Assembly (NCBI RefSeq): GCF_044704955.1
Contig: NC_091995.1
Location: forward strand, 15,872,001 to 15,936,000
Reading direction: 5' to 3'
Length of the DNA stretch: 64,000 nt
From: Pristiophorus japonicus
Taxonomy: Eukaryota
In this document: piece after piece, positions 60,961-64,000 of the stretch
Layout: every line of letters starts with the position of its first letter
Position numbering within the stretch: position 1 is the first letter of the stretch
The notes under the pieces: generated by a model
What the model was told of the DNA's origin: nothing
The model's input: only the letters and a program-made list of their open reading frames with translations
Database searches by the model: none
Translations under genes and position numbers: made by a program

Positions 60961-63900
60961 CATCTGGTCCATCAAGCCTGTCCCACATAATTGCGATACC
61001 TTGTATATCACAACATATAATCTTTACCGCACTCGAAACCGTGTGTCTATTGGGAGAGGCAAAAAAATAGATTAAAAACCCAGGCGAAGTTGGGAAAAAT
61101 AATCTGGGAAATTACTCTCCGACCCATCTAGACGATTGAAAATCATCCTGGAGTTCACGCTGGCTATCAAATTCCTTGCAGTCACCACCTTCTGTAAGAG
61201 GTTATCGTCACTGCAGTAGAAACATATCCAGTTTTTGCTTGAAGGAATTCAGTGAGTCCACCACATGAAAGGGCAGCTTGTTCAAGAGGTCTACTTTCTC
61301 TGTGGAAAAAAACACCGCTTGATATCTAACCTAAATCTAGAATTATACAACTTAAAGTTGTGCTCCCTGGTCCTGCTTAACGTAGTTATTTGAAATAAAC
61401 TGTCAGCTGGAACACCGCCTATTCTCTTCATTATCTTATAAAACTCAATAATATTGTCTAATCTGCTCTAAGGGAAAAAACACAATTTTTTAACCTATCT
61501 TAATAATAAAGATGCTTTAGAACTATGTAAACTAGGCATGTTATAATTGGGAACTTCTCGGTATATTCACAGGTATTATGTCCAGACATTCCCGCTTGTC
61601 CTCTTGGACCGTCCCCACCACCATAGCACACCAGAGAAATCGCCTATAGGTTTGTAAATGAAGGTTTGCGTCGCTTGGGTGGTTCCTCAACTGCGTTGCA
61701 AATGCTACGCTGAAAGCAGGCATCTCCCTTGCGGAACGTCAAGGCCTAGATTTTTGGTTTGTTCACTTTCATAAACTTTCATTATACAGCTTTTACTCAA
61801 ATGCGAATGACGATGCTCGCAATCTTTGCTTCTTTTTTTATTATTCATCCAGGGGATGTGGACGTCGCTGGCAAGTCGAGCATTCAATGTCCAATCCAAA
61901 GGCCTTTGAGAAGGTAGTGGTGATGTGCCGCCTGGAACCGTGACTTCAGTTTTGATTTGTGTATCTGGGTAAGTTGGTCGCTTACATTTCACAAATCTTT
62001 ACTTTAGCCAAGTCGTCACACTTGCAGCAAAGTAATTGCAAACATATCGATATCACAAGTCCAATAGGAGTGGAATTTTATTTTGCATTTTACTCCAATA
62101 GGCAAGTTGGTATGTATCTTGCAGGGCCAAGGATGAAGCAAATGATCACAAAATTAACAAATAGCGTGGATGTCTTGGTATATTGTCAGCAACTCTATGG
62201 GACTCAGTTCCCATTTTGCATGATTTTTCTGCGTAAATGCCAGTTTCGAATCCTCCTCTCGGGTTCTTCACGAACATGCTGACACGCTCTTTCGACACTG
62301 AATATAGTTTCCCCGACAGCATTCTAAAAATTATCTTGTGACAGCACAGCCGGGGGAAGCTGCAACCATCTTATTGTAAATGCTACTCTGAGCTGGCGAG
62401 TTAAAGTAAGTGGATTTGTACAGTTAGATTCTTCAGTAAACGATGGGCCATTTCCAGCAATTCCCTGCATGGTTTTGCAATATTATTATTATGATTTTGA
62501 ACTTACAACACTTTGAGTTCGTGCTTCTCGGGAAAATAGTTTAAAAAAATGCTCTGGAAAAGTGAATAATCGAAGTAATTTAGTTATTTCTGCAAATCGA
62601 CGCTTCATTTAAGATGCGATTTAGCGGTGCGTTAATCAGCCCTGACCTGAGGTGCTGAATCCTAATGAGAACACAAATGCCTTTAACCTAAAATAGCATG
62701 TTAAACGGCAATTGTAACTGAACCCGCTCGGGATTCGGTCCATAATGATTTTCATTCGCCATCATCGCAAGCTTAGTGTCAGCCTGGTTCAGTGGGGGGG
62801 CTCACTCGCCTCTGAGTCAGAAGGTTGTAGGTTCAAATTTCCACTCCAGGAACATGAGCACGTGTAAAAAAATCTGAGTCCACACTCCCGGTGCAGTGCT
62901 GAGGGCAAGCTGCACTGTCGTAAGTGCCGTCTTTCGGACGCGACGTTAAACAAAGGCTTCTCTCAGGTGGATGTAACGTATCTCATGGCCCTATTTCGAA
63001 GTGGAGCAGGGGAGTTCTGCCCTGGCCAATATTTATTCTTGAATCAACATAACAAAAACAGATTATCTGGTCATTAACACATTGCTGTTTGTGGGAGCTT
63101 GCTGTGCACAATATGGCTGTCGCGTTTCCCACAATACGACACTGATTACGCTCCAAAAGTACCTCATTGCCTGTAAAACGCTTTGTGATGTCCAGTGGTC
63201 GTGAAAGGCTCTTTATAAATCTAAGTCTTTCTTTTAAAACAAATGTTCTCTCTGTCTTCAACTCTCTCCATATCCCCAAACGGCCCCCTTCATGGCCTCT
63301 GAACCTCACTGTTTTCCTGTCTCTGATCTGCTGTGCACACACTGCCCCCATCCCTGCGCAACACAGCAGATTCCCTTGCCCTGCTCCCAGTCTTACGAAT
63401 TTCCTTCTGAAACTATTCTGCCATTTCCAAGGTTATCGCTTCCTTTAAGACTCCTCTTAAAACCTAACTCTGAACATAAGACTTTGGTCAGCCCGTTGAT
63501 CGCTGCGCGTTTGGTTTGGAGCCTAGCTCACAAACTTCCTGTGATGCGCCCTGGGGCATGATTCTACATTAAAGATATCGAGGTGGAAATGGAAGTGGGC
63601 CCCGGGAACATAAAACAATCGGAATTACATTTGCCGACCGTTACCGGACACGCCCACTATTCGGTTATGTTGCATTCAATGGAGCTTAATATCCAGCCGC
63701 GGTTAGAACGAGGTGACCGATTCAATACCGCCTCTTTTCATCTCCGCACATATTCAATTCCACCCCGCTATATAAATATATGTTTTCATTTAATTTAGCA
63801 GAGATAATTCTCATGATAATTTTTTAAGCGTATGATATCAAAAGAATGGAAACATGGCGAATTCTGCATGAGGGCCCTGTAATGTAGGAATAATCTGGTT

Positions 63901-64000
63901 CACAAGCGGAAGTTAAGGACAGGCGCGTAATTTGAATGCATTGGTTCTACCTGCGAAAAAGCATTTAGCTTCTCCGCGTATTTACGCTTGTCTTCCCCCA

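Larger units (their letters stand above)
48776..64000 (+). repeat. Segmental duplication unit, copy 2 (runs off the window end)
   Basis: Collinear with 21531-33130, with different TE insertions. Confidence 0.9.

Overview
Eukaryotic, repeat-rich genomic DNA, most likely from a cartilaginous fish (inferred from Deu-domain SINEs, CR1/L2 LINEs and a Penelope-like element). Nearly all ORFs in the supplied track are transposon debris or low-complexity noise; the host genes are multi-exon and were assembled by hand from splice sites and exon phases. The window holds a + strand tandem cluster of immune-type receptors. (1) The 3' half of an inhibitory receptor: a TM exon plus three cytoplasmic exons with three ITIMs (245-3355). 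(2) NKp30/NCR3-like gene A: leader, a single V exon with germline-joined J-like strand, and a TM exon with an intramembrane Arg and almost no tail (19966-21658); its V-TM intron has collapsed into a GATA microsatellite and lost the acceptor. (3) NKp30-like gene B: leader, two tandemly duplicated V exons each carrying lesions, a stalk exon and a TM exon with an intramembrane Lys (33365-48903). Region 21531-33130 is repeated at 48776-64000, which predicts another paralog just past the window end. Between the first two genes lies an 8.2-kb class I (epsilon-related) provirus on the - strand (9283-17464). It has 557-bp near-identical LTRs, a CATC target-site duplication and a tRNA-Leu PBS, but the RT core, integrase core and most of env are deleted. 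It is nested in a Penelope-like element. No homology search was run: family calls rest on motifs read by eye and identity estimates are approximate.
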